Shown here one piece after another: positions 29,850 through 43,041 of a stretch of DNA of 48,409 nucleotides. A model generated the notes under the pieces. The model saw only the letters and a list, made by a program, of their open reading frames with translations. It ran no database searches and had not been told where the DNA came from. The stretch is taken from the IMG/VR virus record IMGVR_UViG_646564533_000016; one strand, written 5' to 3'. Both the position numbers and the translations under genes were made by a program. Origin of the DNA: a virus (taxonomy: Duplodnaviria > Heunggongvirae > Uroviricota > Caudoviricetes). Position 1 is the first letter of the stretch; each line of letters begins with the position of its first letter.

Positions 29850-30878
29850 ATGGGATTGTTTACGACCCGCCAGTTACTCGGTTATACCGAACAAAAAGTT
29901 AAATTTCGTGCGCTGTTTCTGGAACTGTTTTTCCGCCGTACGGTGAATTTCCATACCGAAGAGGTGATGCTGGACAAAATTACCGGAAAAACGCCGGTGG
30001 CGGCCTATGTCTCCCCGGTTGTTGAAGGAAAAGTGCTGCGTCATCGTGGTGGTGAAACCCGCGTGTTGCGTCCGGGCTACGTCAAGCCGAAACACGAATT
30101 TAATTACCAGCAGGCGGTTGAGCGCCTTCCTGGTGAAGATCCATCTCAACTGAATGATCCGGCTTACCGCCGTCTGCGTATCATTACCGATAACCTCAAA
30201 CAGGAAGAGCACGCGATTGTCCAGGTGGAAGAAATGCAGGCGGTAAATGCTGTGTTGTATGGCAAATACACCATGGAAGGAGACCAGTTCGAGAAAATTG
30301 AGGTCGATTTTGGCAGGTCGACGAAGAATAACATCACTCAGGGTAGTGGTAAGGAGTGGTCAAAACAGGATCGTGACACGTTCGATCCTACACATGATAT
30401 TGACCTCTACTGCGACCAGGCCAGCGGTCTTGTGAATATTGCCATTATGGACGGTACCGTCTGGCGTCTTCTGAATGGTTTTAAGCTGTTCCGCGAAAAA
30501 CTGGATACCCGTCGCGGTTCAAATTCTCAACTCGAAACGGCAGTGAAAGATCTGGGCGCAGTGGTGTCCTTCAAGGGGTATTACGGCGATCTGGCCATTG
30601 TGGTGGCGAAAACGTCTTATATAGCAGAAGACGGTATCGAAAAACGTTATCTTCCAGATGGCATGCTGGTTCTGGGGAATACTGCTGCAGATGGGATCCG
30701 TTGTTACGGTGCCATTCAGGATGCTCAGGCGTTGTCCGAAGGTGTGGTGGCCTCTTCCCGTTATCCGAAACACTGGCTGACGGTAGGGGATCCCGCCCGT
30801 GAATTTACCATGACGCAGTCCGCGCCGCTGATGGTGTTGCCGGACCCGGATGAGTTTGTGGTGGTACAGGTGAAATAA
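29850..30878 (+). CDS. E: Major capsid protein E
   Basis: 342 aa collinear with lambda gpE (YVSPVVEGKV...PGYVKPKHE...TQSAPLMVLPDPDEFV). Confidence 0.95.
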   Translation: MGLFTTRQLLGYTEQKVKFRALFLELFFRRTVNFHTEEVMLDKITGKTPVAAYVSPVVEGKVLRHRGGETRVLRPGYVKPKHEFNYQQAVERLPGEDPSQLNDPAYRRLRIITDNLKQEEHAIVQVEEMQAVNAVLYGKYTMEGDQFEKIEVDFGRSTKNNITQGSGKEWSKQDRDTFDPTHDIDLYCDQASGLVNIAIMDGTVWRLLNGFKLFREKLDTRRGSNSQLETAVKDLGAVVSFKGYYGDLAIVVAKTSYIAEDGIEKRYLPDGMLVLGNTAADGIRCYGAIQDAQALSEGVVASSRYPKHWLTVGDPAREFTMTQSAPLMVLPDPDEFVVVQVK

Positions 30879-30886
30879 TCCGTGAG

Positions 30887-30916
30887 CGGGGGCGAAATGC
30901 CCCCGTGTCTTTTTTC
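30887..30916 (+). terminator. Terminator/attenuator-like hairpin downstream of E
   Basis: CGGGGGC-GAAAT-GCCCCCG stem followed by TGTCTTTTTT. Confidence 0.5.
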
Positions 30917-30929
30917 ACAGGGGGCTGAT

Positions 30930-31304
30930 ATGGCAACGAAAGAGCAAAATCTGAAACGGCTTGATGAACTGGCCCTGATTCTGGGGCGTGAGCCGGATAT
31001 ATCCGGGAGTGCCGCAGAGATAGCGCAGCGGGTGGCAGAATGGGAAGAGGAAATGCAGTCATCCGGCGATGATGTACAGGTTATGAATATGGATATCCGG
31101 GAGCGGGAAACCGCGGCTCATGATGTTCGTGAGGAAACATCCGGCGCGTTAACGCGCATCAGAGTTCTGACCTGCCTCCATCTCTGTGGCGTTGATGGTG
31201 AAACGGGGGAATCCGTTGAGCTTGCGGATGTTGGTCGGGTGATTCTGATTATGTCCTCAGATGCAAAAACACACGTTGATGGTGGAATGGCTGTTTATGC
31301 GTGA
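30930..31304 (+). CDS. FI: DNA packaging protein FI (by position)
   Basis: ATG at 30930 with SD GGGGG; acidic ~124-aa protein between E and FII. Confidence 0.7.
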   Translation: MATKEQNLKRLDELALILGREPDISGSAAEIAQRVAEWEEEMQSSGDDVQVMNMDIRERETAAHDVREETSGALTRIRVLTCLHLCGVDGETGESVELADVGRVILIMSSDAKTHVDGGMAVYA

Positions 31305-31650
31305 TTTTCAGAATGCCTTTGATGCCGCCCTTGCCGGGGTGGACAGTACGATTGTTGAAGTGATGGGCATCAGTGCGCAGTTCACCTCCGGTGCACAGCG
31401 TGGCGGCGAGGTTCATGGCGTTTTTGACGATCCGGAGTCGCTGGGTTTTGCCAGTAGTGGGATCCGTATTGAAGGAAGTAACCCGTCATTATTTGTGCTT
31501 ACGGATACGGTTTGTGCTGTACGGCGTGGTGACACGCTGACCATTAACGGCGAGATGTTCTGGGTGGACCGTGTTTCTCCGGATGACGGAGGGAGTTGTT
31601 ATCTCTGGCTCAACCGGGGGCAACCACCTGCCGCCAGCCGTCGTCGCTGA
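31297..31650 (+). CDS. FII: Head completion protein FII
   Basis: FWVDRVSPDDGGSCYLWLNRGQPPAASRRR matches the lambda gpFII C-terminus; ATG overlaps the FI stop. Confidence 0.9.
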   Translation: MRDFQNAFDAALAGVDSTIVEVMGISAQFTSGAQRGGEVHGVFDDPESLGFASSGIRIEGSNPSLFVLTDTVCAVRRGDTLTINGEMFWVDRVSPDDGGSCYLWLNRGQPPAASRRR

Positions 31651-31661
31651 AAGGGGGATGT

Positions 31662-32240
31662 ATGGCCATACAGGGTCTTGAGCAGGCCGTTGAAAACCTC
31701 AGCCGTATCAGCAGAACGGCGGTGCCCGGTGCCGCCGCAATGGCCATTAACCGCGTTGCTTCATCCGCGATATCGCAGTCTGCGTCACAGGTTGCCCGTG
31801 AGACAAGGGTACGCCGGAAACTGGTAAAGGAAAGGGCCAGGCTGAAAAGGGCCACAGTTAAAAATCCGCAGGCCAGAATCAAGGTTAACCGGGGGGATTT
31901 GCCCGTAATCAAGCTGGGTAACGCGCGGGTTGTCCTGTCCCGACGCAGGCGTCGTAAAAAGGGGCAGCGTTCATCCCTGAAAGGTGGCGACAGCGTGCTT
32001 GTGGTGGGAAACCGTCGTATTCCCGGCGCGTTTATTCAGCAACTGAAAAATGGCCGGTGGCATGTCATGCAGCGTGTGGCCGGGAAAAACCGTTACCCCA
32101 TTGATGTGGTGAAAATCCCGATGGCAGTGCCGCTGACCACGGCGTTTAAACAGAATATTGAGCGGATACGGCGTGAACGTCTTCCGAAAGAGCTGGGCTA
32201 TGCGCTGCAGCATCAACTGAGGATGGTAATAAAGCGATGA
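31662..32240 (+). CDS. Z: Tail completion protein Z
   Basis: Position and size as lambda gpZ; SD GGGGGA. Confidence 0.8.
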   Translation: MAIQGLEQAVENLSRISRTAVPGAAAMAINRVASSAISQSASQVARETRVRRKLVKERARLKRATVKNPQARIKVNRGDLPVIKLGNARVVLSRRRRRKKGQRSSLKGGDSVLVVGNRRIPGAFIQQLKNGRWHVMQRVAGKNRYPIDVVKIPMAVPLTTAFKQNIERIRRERLPKELGYALQHQLRMVIKR

Positions 32241-32632
32241 AACATACAGAACTCCGTGCAGCCGTACTGGATGCACTGGAAAAACATGACACCGGGGCGA
32301 CGCTTTTTGATGGTCGCCCCGCTGTTTTTGATGAGGAGGATTTTCCGGCAGTTGCCGTTTATCTCACCGGCGCTGAATACACGGGCGAAGAGCTGGACAG
32401 CGATACCTGGCAGGCGGAGCTGCATATTGAAGTTTTCCTGCCTGCTCAGGTGCCGGATTCAGAGCTGGATTCGTGGATGGAGTCCCGGATTTATCCGGTG
32501 ATGAGCGATATCCCGGCACTGTCAGAGTTGATCACCAGTATGGTGGCCAGTGGCTATGACTACCGACGCGACGATGATGCGGGCCTGTGGAGTTCAGCCG
32601 ATCTGACTTATGTCATTACCTATGAAATGTGA
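32237..32632 (+). CDS. U: Tail terminator protein U
   Basis: 131 aa, position and size as lambda gpU. Confidence 0.85.
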   Translation: MKHTELRAAVLDALEKHDTGATLFDGRPAVFDEEDFPAVAVYLTGAEYTGEELDSDTWQAELHIEVFLPAQVPDSELDSWMESRIYPVMSDIPALSELITSMVASGYDYRRDDDAGLWSSADLTYVITYEM

Positions 32633-32639
32633 GGACGAT

Positions 32640-33380
32640 ATGCCTGTACCAAATCCTACAATGCCGGTGAAAGGTGCCGGGACCACCCTGTGGGTTTATA
32701 AGGGGAACGGTGACCCTTATGCGAACCCGCTTTCAGACGTGGACTGGTCGCGTCTGGCAAAAGTTAAAGACCTGACGCCCGGCGAACTGACCGCTGAGTC
32801 CTATGACGACAGCTATCTCGATGATGAAGATGCGGACTGGACTGCGACCGGGCAGGGGCAGAAATCAGCCGGAGATACCAGCTTCACGCTGGCGTGGATG
32901 CCCGGAGAGCAGGGGCAGCAGGCGCTGCTGGCGTGGTTTAATGAAGGTGATACCCGTGCCTATAAAATCCGCTTCCCGAACGGCACGGTCGATGTGTTCC
33001 GTGGCTGGGTCAGCAGTATCGGTAAAGCGGTGACGGCGAAGGAAGTGATCACCCGCACGGTGAAGGTCACCAATGTGGGACGCCCGTCGATGGCAGAAGA
33101 TCGCAGCACGGTCACAGCGGCAACCGGCATGACCGTGACGCCTGCCAGCACCTCGGTGGTGAAAGGGCAGAGCACCACGCTGACCGTGGCATTCCAGCCG
33201 GAAGGCGCAACCGACAAGAGCTTCCGTGCGGTGTCTGCGGATAAAACAAAAGCCACCGTGTCGGTCAGTGGTATGACCATCACCGTGAAAGGTGTTGCTG
33301 CAGGCAAGGTCAACATTCCGGTCGTATCCGGTAATGGTGAACTTGCTGCGGTTGCAGAAATCAACGTTACCGCCAGTTAA
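32640..33380 (+). CDS. V: Major tail tube protein V with C-terminal Ig-like domain
   Basis: Lambda gpV position; C-terminal T/V-rich beta-strand region. Confidence 0.9.
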   Translation: MPVPNPTMPVKGAGTTLWVYKGNGDPYANPLSDVDWSRLAKVKDLTPGELTAESYDDSYLDDEDADWTATGQGQKSAGDTSFTLAWMPGEQGQQALLAWFNEGDTRAYKIRFPNGTVDVFRGWVSSIGKAVTAKEVITRTVKVTNVGRPSMAEDRSTVTAATGMTVTPASTSVVKGQSTTLTVAFQPEGATDKSFRAVSADKTKATVSVSGMTITVKGVAAGKVNIPVVSGNGELAAVAEINVTAS

Positions 33381-33395
33381 TCCGGAGAGTCAGCG

Positions 33396-33818
33396 ATGTT
33401 CCTGAAAACCGAATCATTTGAACATAACGGTGTGACCGTCACGCTTTCTGAACTGTCAGCCCTGCAGCGTATTGAGCATCTCGCCCTGATGAAACGACAG
33501 GCAGAACAGGCGGAGTCAGACAGCAACCGGAAGTTTACTGTGGAAGACGCCATCAGAACCGGCGCTTTTGTGGTGGCGATGTCCCTGTGGCATAACCATC
33601 CGCAGAAGACAAAGCTGCCTTCCATGAATGAAGCCGTTAAACAGATTGAGCAGGAAGTGCTTACCACCTGGCCCACGGAGGCAATTTCTCATGCTGAAAA
33701 CGTGGTGTACCGGCTGTCCGGTATGTATGAGTTTGTGGTGAATGATGCTCCTGAACAGGCAGATGACGCCGGGCCTGCAGAGCCTGTTTCTGCGGGAAAG
33801 TGTTCGACGGTGAGCTGA
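33396..33818 (+). CDS. G: Tail assembly chaperone G
   Basis: 140 aa, lambda gpG position; slippery GGGAAAG near the 3' end. Confidence 0.9.
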   Translation: MFLKTESFEHNGVTVTLSELSALQRIEHLALMKRQAEQAESDSNRKFTVEDAIRTGAFVVAMSLWHNHPQKTKLPSMNEAVKQIEQEVLTTWPTEAISHAENVVYRLSGMYEFVVNDAPEQADDAGPAEPVSAGKCSTVS

Positions 33819-34234
33819 GTTTTGCCCTGAAACTGGCGCGTGAGATGGGGCGACCCGACTGGCGTGCCATGCTTGCCGGGATGTCATCCACGGAGTATGC
33901 CGACTGGCGCCGCTTTTACAGTACCCATTATTTTCATGATGTTCTGCTGGATATGCACTTTTCCGGGCTGACATATACCGTGCTCAGCCTGTTTTTCTGC
34001 GATCCGGATATGCATCCGCTGGATTTCAGTCTGCTTAACCGGCGTGAGGCTGACGAAGAGCCTGAAGATGATGTGCTGATGCAGAAAGCAGCAGGGCTTG
34101 CCGGAGGTGTCCGCTTTGGCCCGGACGGGAAAGAAGTTATCCCCGCTTCCCCGGATGTGGCGGACATGACGGAGGATGACGTAATGCTGATGACAGTATC
34201 AGAAGGGATCGCAGGAGGAGTCCGGTATGGCTGA
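33396..34234 (+). CDS. GT: Tail assembly chaperone G-T fusion, by -1 programmed frameshift at GGGAAAG (33794..33800)
   Basis: Heptamer GGGAAAG inside G; the -1 frame ORF (33800..34234) continues as the T-like domain. Confidence 0.8.
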
Positions 34235-36788
34235 ACCGGTAGGCGATCTGGTCGTTGATTTAAGTCTGGATGCGGCCAGATTTGACGAGCAGATGGCCAG
34301 AGTCAGGCGTCATTTTTCCGGTACGGAAAGTGATGCGAAAAAAACAGCGGCAGTCGTTGAACAGTCGATGAACCGGCAGGCGCTGGCTGCACAGAAAGCG
34401 GGGATTTCCGTCGGGCAGTATAAAGCCGCCATGCGTATGCTGCCTGCACAGTTCACCGACGTGGCCACGCAGCTTGCAGGCGGGCAAAGTCCGTGGCTGA
34501 TCCTGCTGCAACAGGGGGGGCAGGTGAAGGACTCCTTCGGCGGGATGATCCCCATGTTCCGGGGGCTTGCCGGTGCGATCACCCTGCCGATGGTCGGGGC
34601 CACCTCGCTGGCGGTGGCGACCGGTGCGCTGGCGTATGCCTGGTATCAGGGCAACTCAACCCTGTCCGATTTCAACAAAACGCTGGTCCTTTCCGGCAAT
34701 CAGTCGGGGCTGACGGCAGATCGTATGCTGGTCCTGTCCAGAGCCGGGCAGGCGGCAGGGCTGACGTTTAACCAGACCAGCGAGTCACTCAGCGCACTGG
34801 TTAAGGCGGGGGTAAGCGGTGAGGCTCAGATTGCGTCCATCAGCCAGAGTGTGGCGCGTTTCTCCTCTGCATCCGGCGTGGAGGTGGACAAGGTCGCTGA
34901 AGCCTTCGGGAAGCTGACCACTGACCCGACGTCGGGGCTGACAGCGATGGCGCGCCAGTTCCATAACGTGACGGCGGAGCAGATTGCGTATGTTGCTCAG
35001 TTGCAGCGTTCCGGCGAAGAAGCCGGGGCATTGCAGGCGGCGAACGAGGCCGCGACGAAAGGGTTTGATGACCAGACCCGCCGCCTGAAGGAGAACATGG
35101 GCACGCTGGAGACCTGGGCAGAGAGGACAGCACGGGCATTCAAATCTATGTGGGATGCGGTGCTGGATATTGGTCGTCCTGATACCGCGCAGGAGATGCT
35201 GATTAAGGCAGAGGCCGCGTTTAAGAAAGCGGACGATATCTGGAATCTGCGCAAGGATGATTATTTTGTTAACGATGAAGCGCGGGCGCGTTACTGGGAT
35301 GATCGTGAAAAGGCCCGTCTTGCGCTTGAAGCCGCCCGAAAGAAGGCTGAACAGCAGAGTCAACAGGACAAAAATGCGCAGCAGCAGAGCGATACCGAAG
35401 CGTCACGGCTGAAATATACCGAAGAGGCGCAGAAGGCTTACGAACGGCTGCAGACGCCGCTGGAGAAATATGCCGCCCGTCAGGAAGAACTGAATAAGGC
35501 CCTGAAAGACGGAAAAATCCTGCAGGCAGATTACAACACGCTGATGGCGGCAGCGAAAAAGGACTATGAAACGACACTGAAAAAGCCGAAGCAGTCCGGC
35601 GTGAAGGTGTCTGCGGGCGATCGTCAGGAAGACAGTGCTCATGCTGCCCTGCTGACGCTTCAGGCTGAACTCCGGACGCTGGAGAAGCATGCCGGAGCAA
35701 ATGAGAAAATCAGCCAGCAGCGCCGGGATTTGTGGAAGGCGGAGAGTCAGTTCGCGGTACTGGAGGAGGCGGCGCAACGTCGCCAGCTGTCTGCACAGGA
35801 GAAATCCCTGCTGGCGCATAAAGATGAGACGCTGGAGTACAAACGCCAGCTGGCTGCACTTGGCGACAAGGTTACGTATCAGGAGCGCCTGAACGCGCTG
35901 GCGCAGCAGGCGGATAAATTCGCACAGCAGCAACGGGCAAAACGGGCCGCTATTGATGCGAAAAGCCGGGGGCTGACTGACCGGCAGGCAGAACGGGAAG
36001 CCACGGAACAGCGCCTGAAGGAACAGTATGGCGATAATCCTCTGGCGCTGAATAACGTCATGTCAGAGCAGAAAAAGACCTGGGCGGCTGAAGACCTGCT
36101 TCGCGGGAACTGGATGGCAGGCCTCAGGTCCGGCTGGAGCGAGTGGAAAGAGAGTGCCACGGACAGTATGTCGCAGGTTAAAAGTGCTGCCACGCAGACC
36201 TTTGATGGTATTGCGCAGAATATGGCGGCGATGCTGACCGGCAGTGAACAGAACTGGCGCAGCTTCACCCGTTCCGTGCTGTCCATGATGACAGAAATTC
36301 TGCTTAAGCAGGCAATGGTGGGGATTGTCGGGAGTATCGGCAGCGCTATTGGCGGGGCTGTTGGTGGCGGCGCATCCGCGTCAGGCGGTACAGCCATTCA
36401 GGCCGCTGCGGCGAAATTCCATTTTGCAACCGGAGGATTTACGGGAACCGGCGGCAAATATGAGCCAGCGGGGATTGTTCACCGTGGTGAGTTTGTCTTC
36501 ACGAAGGAGGCAACCAGCCGGATTGGTGTCGGCAACCTGTACCGCCTAATGCGGGGCTATGCGGAAGGTGGTTATGTGGGCGGTGCCGGAAGTCCGGCGC
36601 AGATGCGGCGGGCTGAAGGCATTAATTTTAATCAGAACAATCACGTGGTGATTCAGAACGACGGTACGAATGGTCTGCCAGGTCCACAGATGATGAAGGC
36701 AGTGTATGACATGGCCCGCAAGGGTGCCCGTGATGAAATTCAGACACAGATGCGTGATGGTGGTCTGTTCTCCGGAGGTGGACGATGA
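34227..36788 (+). CDS. H: Tape measure protein H
   Basis: 853 aa, same length as lambda gpH; coiled-coil Q/A/E-rich centre; SD AGGAGGAG. Confidence 0.95.
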   Translation: MAEPVGDLVVDLSLDAARFDEQMARVRRHFSGTESDAKKTAAVVEQSMNRQALAAQKAGISVGQYKAAMRMLPAQFTDVATQLAGGQSPWLILLQQGGQVKDSFGGMIPMFRGLAGAITLPMVGATSLAVATGALAYAWYQGNSTLSDFNKTLVLSGNQSGLTADRMLVLSRAGQAAGLTFNQTSESLSALVKAGVSGEAQIASISQSVARFSSASGVEVDKVAEAFGKLTTDPTSGLTAMARQFHNVTAEQIAYVAQLQRSGEEAGALQAANEAATKGFDDQTRRLKENMGTLETWAERTARAFKSMWDAVLDIGRPDTAQEMLIKAEAAFKKADDIWNLRKDDYFVNDEARARYWDDREKARLALEAARKKAEQQSQQDKNAQQQSDTEASRLKYTEEAQKAYERLQTPLEKYAARQEELNKALKDGKILQADYNTLMAAAKKDYETTLKKPKQSGVKVSAGDRQEDSAHAALLTLQAELRTLEKHAGANEKISQQRRDLWKAESQFAVLEEAAQRRQLSAQEKSLLAHKDETLEYKRQLAALGDKVTYQERLNALAQQADKFAQQQRAKRAAIDAKSRGLTDRQAEREATEQRLKEQYGDNPLALNNVMSEQKKTWAAEDLLRGNWMAGLRSGWSEWKESATDSMSQVKSAATQTFDGIAQNMAAMLTGSEQNWRSFTRSVLSMMTEILLKQAMVGIVGSIGSAIGGAVGGGASASGGTAIQAAAAKFHFATGGFTGTGGKYEPAGIVHRGEFVFTKEATSRIGVGNLYRLMRGYAEGGYVGGAGSPAQMRRAEGINFNQNNHVVIQNDGTNGLPGPQMMKAVYDMARKGARDEIQTQMRDGGLFSGGGR

Positions 36789-37114
36789 AAACCTTCCGCT
36801 GGAAAGTGAAACCCGGTATGGATGTGGCTTCGGCCCCTTCCGTAATAAAGGTGCGCTTTGGTGATGGCTATTCTCAGCGTGCGCCTGCCGGGCTGAATGC
36901 CAACCTGAAAACGTACAGCGTGACGCTTTCTGTTCCCCGCGAGGAGGCCACGGCACTGGAATCGTTTCTGGCTGAGCACGGGGGCTGGAAGGCCTTTCTG
37001 TGGACGCCGCCTTATGGCTACCGGCAGATAAAGGTGACCTGCGCAAAATGGTCGTCGCGGGTCAGTATGTTGCGTGTTGAGTTCAGCGCAGAGTTTGAAC
37101 AGGTGGTGAACTGA
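36785..37114 (+). CDS. M: Minor tail protein M
   Basis: 109 aa, lambda gpM position. Confidence 0.9.
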   Translation: MKTFRWKVKPGMDVASAPSVIKVRFGDGYSQRAPAGLNANLKTYSVTLSVPREEATALESFLAEHGGWKAFLWTPPYGYRQIKVTCAKWSSRVSMLRVEFSAEFEQVVN

Positions 37115-37812
37115 TGCAGAATATCCGACAGGAAACACTGAATGAATGCACCCGTGCGGAGCAGTCTGCCAGCGTGGTGCTCTGGGAAATCGATCTGACA
37201 GAGGTCGGCGGAGATCGTTATTTCTTCTGTAATGAGCAGAACGAAAAAGGTGAACCAGTCACCTGGCAGGGGCGGCAGTATCAGGCCTATCCCATTCAGG
37301 GAAGTGGATTTGAGATGAACGGCAAAGGAGCCAGTGCAAGGCCAACGCTGAAAGTCTCTAATCTGCACGGCATGGTCACCGGGATGGCGGAAGACCTGCA
37401 GAGTCTGGTCGGAGGAACGGTGGTCAGGCGTAAGGTTTACGCCCGTTTTCTGGATGCGGTGAACTTCGTCAACGGAAATAGCGATGCCGATCCGGAGCAG
37501 GAGGTGATCAGCCGCTGGCGCATCGAGCAGTGCAGCGAACTGAGCGCGGTGAGCGCCTCTTTTGTACTGTCCACGCCGACGGAAACGGATGGCGCTGTTT
37601 TTCCGGGACGCATCATGCTGGCCAACACCTGTACCTGGACCTATCGCGGTGATGAGTGCGGTTATAGCGGTCCGGCTGTCGCGGATGAATATGACCAGCC
37701 GACGTCCGATATCACGAAAGATAAATGCAGTAAATGCCTGAGTGGCTGTAAGTTTCGCAATAATGTCGGCAACTTTGGCGGCTTCCTTTCCATTAACAAA
37801 CTTTCGCAGTAA
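37114..37812 (+). CDS. L: Minor tail protein L
   Basis: 232 aa, lambda gpL position; Cys cluster near the C-terminus. Confidence 0.9.
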   Translation: MQNIRQETLNECTRAEQSASVVLWEIDLTEVGGDRYFFCNEQNEKGEPVTWQGRQYQAYPIQGSGFEMNGKGASARPTLKVSNLHGMVTGMAEDLQSLVGGTVVRRKVYARFLDAVNFVNGNSDADPEQEVISRWRIEQCSELSAVSASFVLSTPTETDGAVFPGRIMLANTCTWTYRGDECGYSGPAVADEYDQPTSDITKDKCSKCLSGCKFRNNVGNFGGFLSINKLSQ

Positions 37813-37816
37813 TCCC

Positions 37817-38560
37817 ATGACTGAGACAGAATCAGCGATTCTGGCGCACGCCCGGCGATGTGCGCCAGCGGAGTCGTGCGGCTTCGTGGTGAGAGCGCCG
37901 GAGGGGGAAAGATATTTCCCCGGCGTGAATATCTCCGGTGAGCCGGAGGATTATTTCCGTATGTCGCCGGAAGACTGGCTGCAGGCAGAAATGCAGGGTG
38001 AGATTGTGGCGCTGGTCCACAGCCACCCCGGTGGTCTGCCCTGGCTGAGTGAGGCCGACCGGCGGCTGCAGGTGCAGAGTGATTTGCCGTGGTGGCTGGT
38101 CTGCCGGGGGACGATTCACAAGTTCCGCTGTGTGCCGCATCTCACCGGGCGGCGCTTTGAGCACGGGGTGACGGACTGTTACACGCTGTTCCGGGATGCT
38201 TATCATCTGGCGGGGATTGAGATGCCGAATTTTCATCGCGGGGATGACTGGTGGCGTCACGGTCAGAATCTCTATCTGGATAATCTGGAGGCCACAGGGC
38301 TGTATCAGGTGCCGTTGTCATCAGCACAACCGGGCGATGTGCTGCTGTGCTGTTTTGGTTCATCGGTGCCGAATCATGCCGCCATTTACTGTGGTGATGG
38401 CGAGCTGCTGCACCATATTCCTGAACAACTGAGCAAACGAGAGAGGTACACCGACAAATGGCAGCGACGCACACACTCCCTCTGGCGTCACCGGGCATGG
38501 CGCGCATCTGCCTTTACGGGGATTTACAACGATTTGGCCGCCGCATCGACCTTCGTGTGA
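37817..38560 (+). CDS. K: Tail tip assembly protein K (JAB/MPN plus NlpC/P60-like)
   Basis: HSHP motif (JAB-like); Cys/His residues later; ATG at 37817. Confidence 0.9.
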   Translation: MTETESAILAHARRCAPAESCGFVVRAPEGERYFPGVNISGEPEDYFRMSPEDWLQAEMQGEIVALVHSHPGGLPWLSEADRRLQVQSDLPWWLVCRGTIHKFRCVPHLTGRRFEHGVTDCYTLFRDAYHLAGIEMPNFHRGDDWWRHGQNLYLDNLEATGLYQVPLSSAQPGDVLLCCFGSSVPNHAAIYCGDGELLHHIPEQLSKRERYTDKWQRRTHSLWRHRAWRASAFTGIYNDLAAASTFV

Positions 38561-39099
38561 AAACGGGGGCTGAAGCCATCCGGGCACTGGCCACGCAGCT
38601 TCCGGCGTTTCGCCAGAAACTGAATGAGGGCTGGTATCAGGTGCGCATTTCCGGGCGTGATACAGGCGAAAACGAATTATCTGCCCGTCTTAATGAGCCG
38701 CTGGCAAATGGTGCCGTGATCCACATCGTACCGCGTCTGGCGGGTGCCAAAAGTGGCGGTATTTTTCAGGCAGTGCTGGGTGCGGCGCTAATTGCTACGG
38801 CAATCTGGATGCCGGGGCTTAGTATTGTTGCAAGTAATCTCATGTTCTCTCTTGGGGCAGGTATGGTTTTAGGCGGTGTTGCGCAGATGCTGGCACCGAA
38901 AGCCAAAACGCCTAAAGTGTCAGCCACTGATAACGGTAAGCAAAATACCTATTTTTCCTCATTGGATAACATGGTTGCCCAGGGCAATGTCCTGCCTGTT
39001 CTGTACGGTGAAATGCGCGTGGGGTCACGTGTGGCATCTCAGGAGATCAGCACGGCAGATGAAGGGGATGGTGGTCAGGTTGTGGTAATTGGGCGGTAA
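38458..39099 (+). CDS. I: Tail tip assembly protein I
   Basis: MAATHTLPLASPGMARICLYGDLQRFGRRIDLRVKTGAEAIRALATQLPAFRQKL...GGQVVVIGR matches lambda gpI. Confidence 0.9.
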   Translation: MAATHTLPLASPGMARICLYGDLQRFGRRIDLRVKTGAEAIRALATQLPAFRQKLNEGWYQVRISGRDTGENELSARLNEPLANGAVIHIVPRLAGAKSGGIFQAVLGAALIATAIWMPGLSIVASNLMFSLGAGMVLGGVAQMLAPKAKTPKVSATDNGKQNTYFSSLDNMVAQGNVLPVLYGEMRVGSRVASQEISTADEGDGGQVVVIGR

Positions 39100-39171
39100 T
39101 ATTATTTACTCATGTTCTAACTGATTTAATATTTATATCGAACACTGATAATTATTCTGTTGGTTAGCTAT

Positions 39172-39510
39172 ATGAACAAAACGATTTTATTCTGCACGAT
39201 TATTGCCTTAACAGGATGTAAATCTTTGGATTACGTAAAATCCGGCAAGCCTGTAATGGAAGGTAATTCATTAAAAAATATTGATGAATTGTCAGGCTGC
39301 ATATCCAGACAATGGGCTGGTAATGGAACACCTATAACATCCATTCCTATTGAGAATGGGGTAAGCCTTTTAGTTCCACAGGCTATGGGTGGGTATGATG
39401 TTGTGCTTGATATCAAAAAAGCAGGAAATGGCAGTAGTTTTACTCTTTATGAACGCGTACCAGCATTAACGCCAAAAATTTTTGCTGATAGTGTTAATGC
39501 ATGTAAATAA
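39172..39510 (+). CDS. Lipoprotein moron (signal peptide plus lipobox LTGC) inserted between I and J; candidate superinfection-exclusion / receptor-masking factor
   Basis: MNKTILFCTIIALTGC; markedly AT-rich block (39100..39530) inside a GC-rich tail operon; own terminator downstream. Confidence 0.75.
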   Translation: MNKTILFCTIIALTGCKSLDYVKSGKPVMEGNSLKNIDELSGCISRQWAGNGTPITSIPIENGVSLLVPQAMGGYDVVLDIKKAGNGSSFTLYERVPALTPKIFADSVNACK

Positions 39511-39533
39511 TAGTTAATCCTGCCGTAACTCAT

Positions 39534-39560
39534 GAGCCGCCTTTTGGGCGGCTTTGTTGT
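39534..39560 (+). terminator. Intrinsic terminator after the lipoprotein moron, just upstream of the J RBS
   Basis: GAGCCGCC-TTTTG-GGCGGCTT hairpin then TGTTGTTTAT. Confidence 0.65.
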
Positions 39561-39573
39561 TTATGGAGTGTGA

Positions 39574-42975
<3,402 letters not shown>

Positions 42976-42993
42976 ATTTTATAACCCATAACG

Positions 42994-43020
42994 GGCGTCA
43001 GAAATGACGCCTTTTTTATT
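42994..43020 (+). terminator. Intrinsic terminator after J
   Basis: GGCGTCA-GAAA-TGACGCC hairpin followed by TTTTTTATT. Confidence 0.75.
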
Positions 43021-43041
43021 GCAGAAAAGCGAGAGGTAATT

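Noticed and set aside
34785-36397. Several 140 to 190-aa ORFs antisense or out of frame within tape measure gene H
   Set aside because: H matches lambda gpH in length and position; these ORFs are composition artefacts of GC- and repeat-rich coding DNA.
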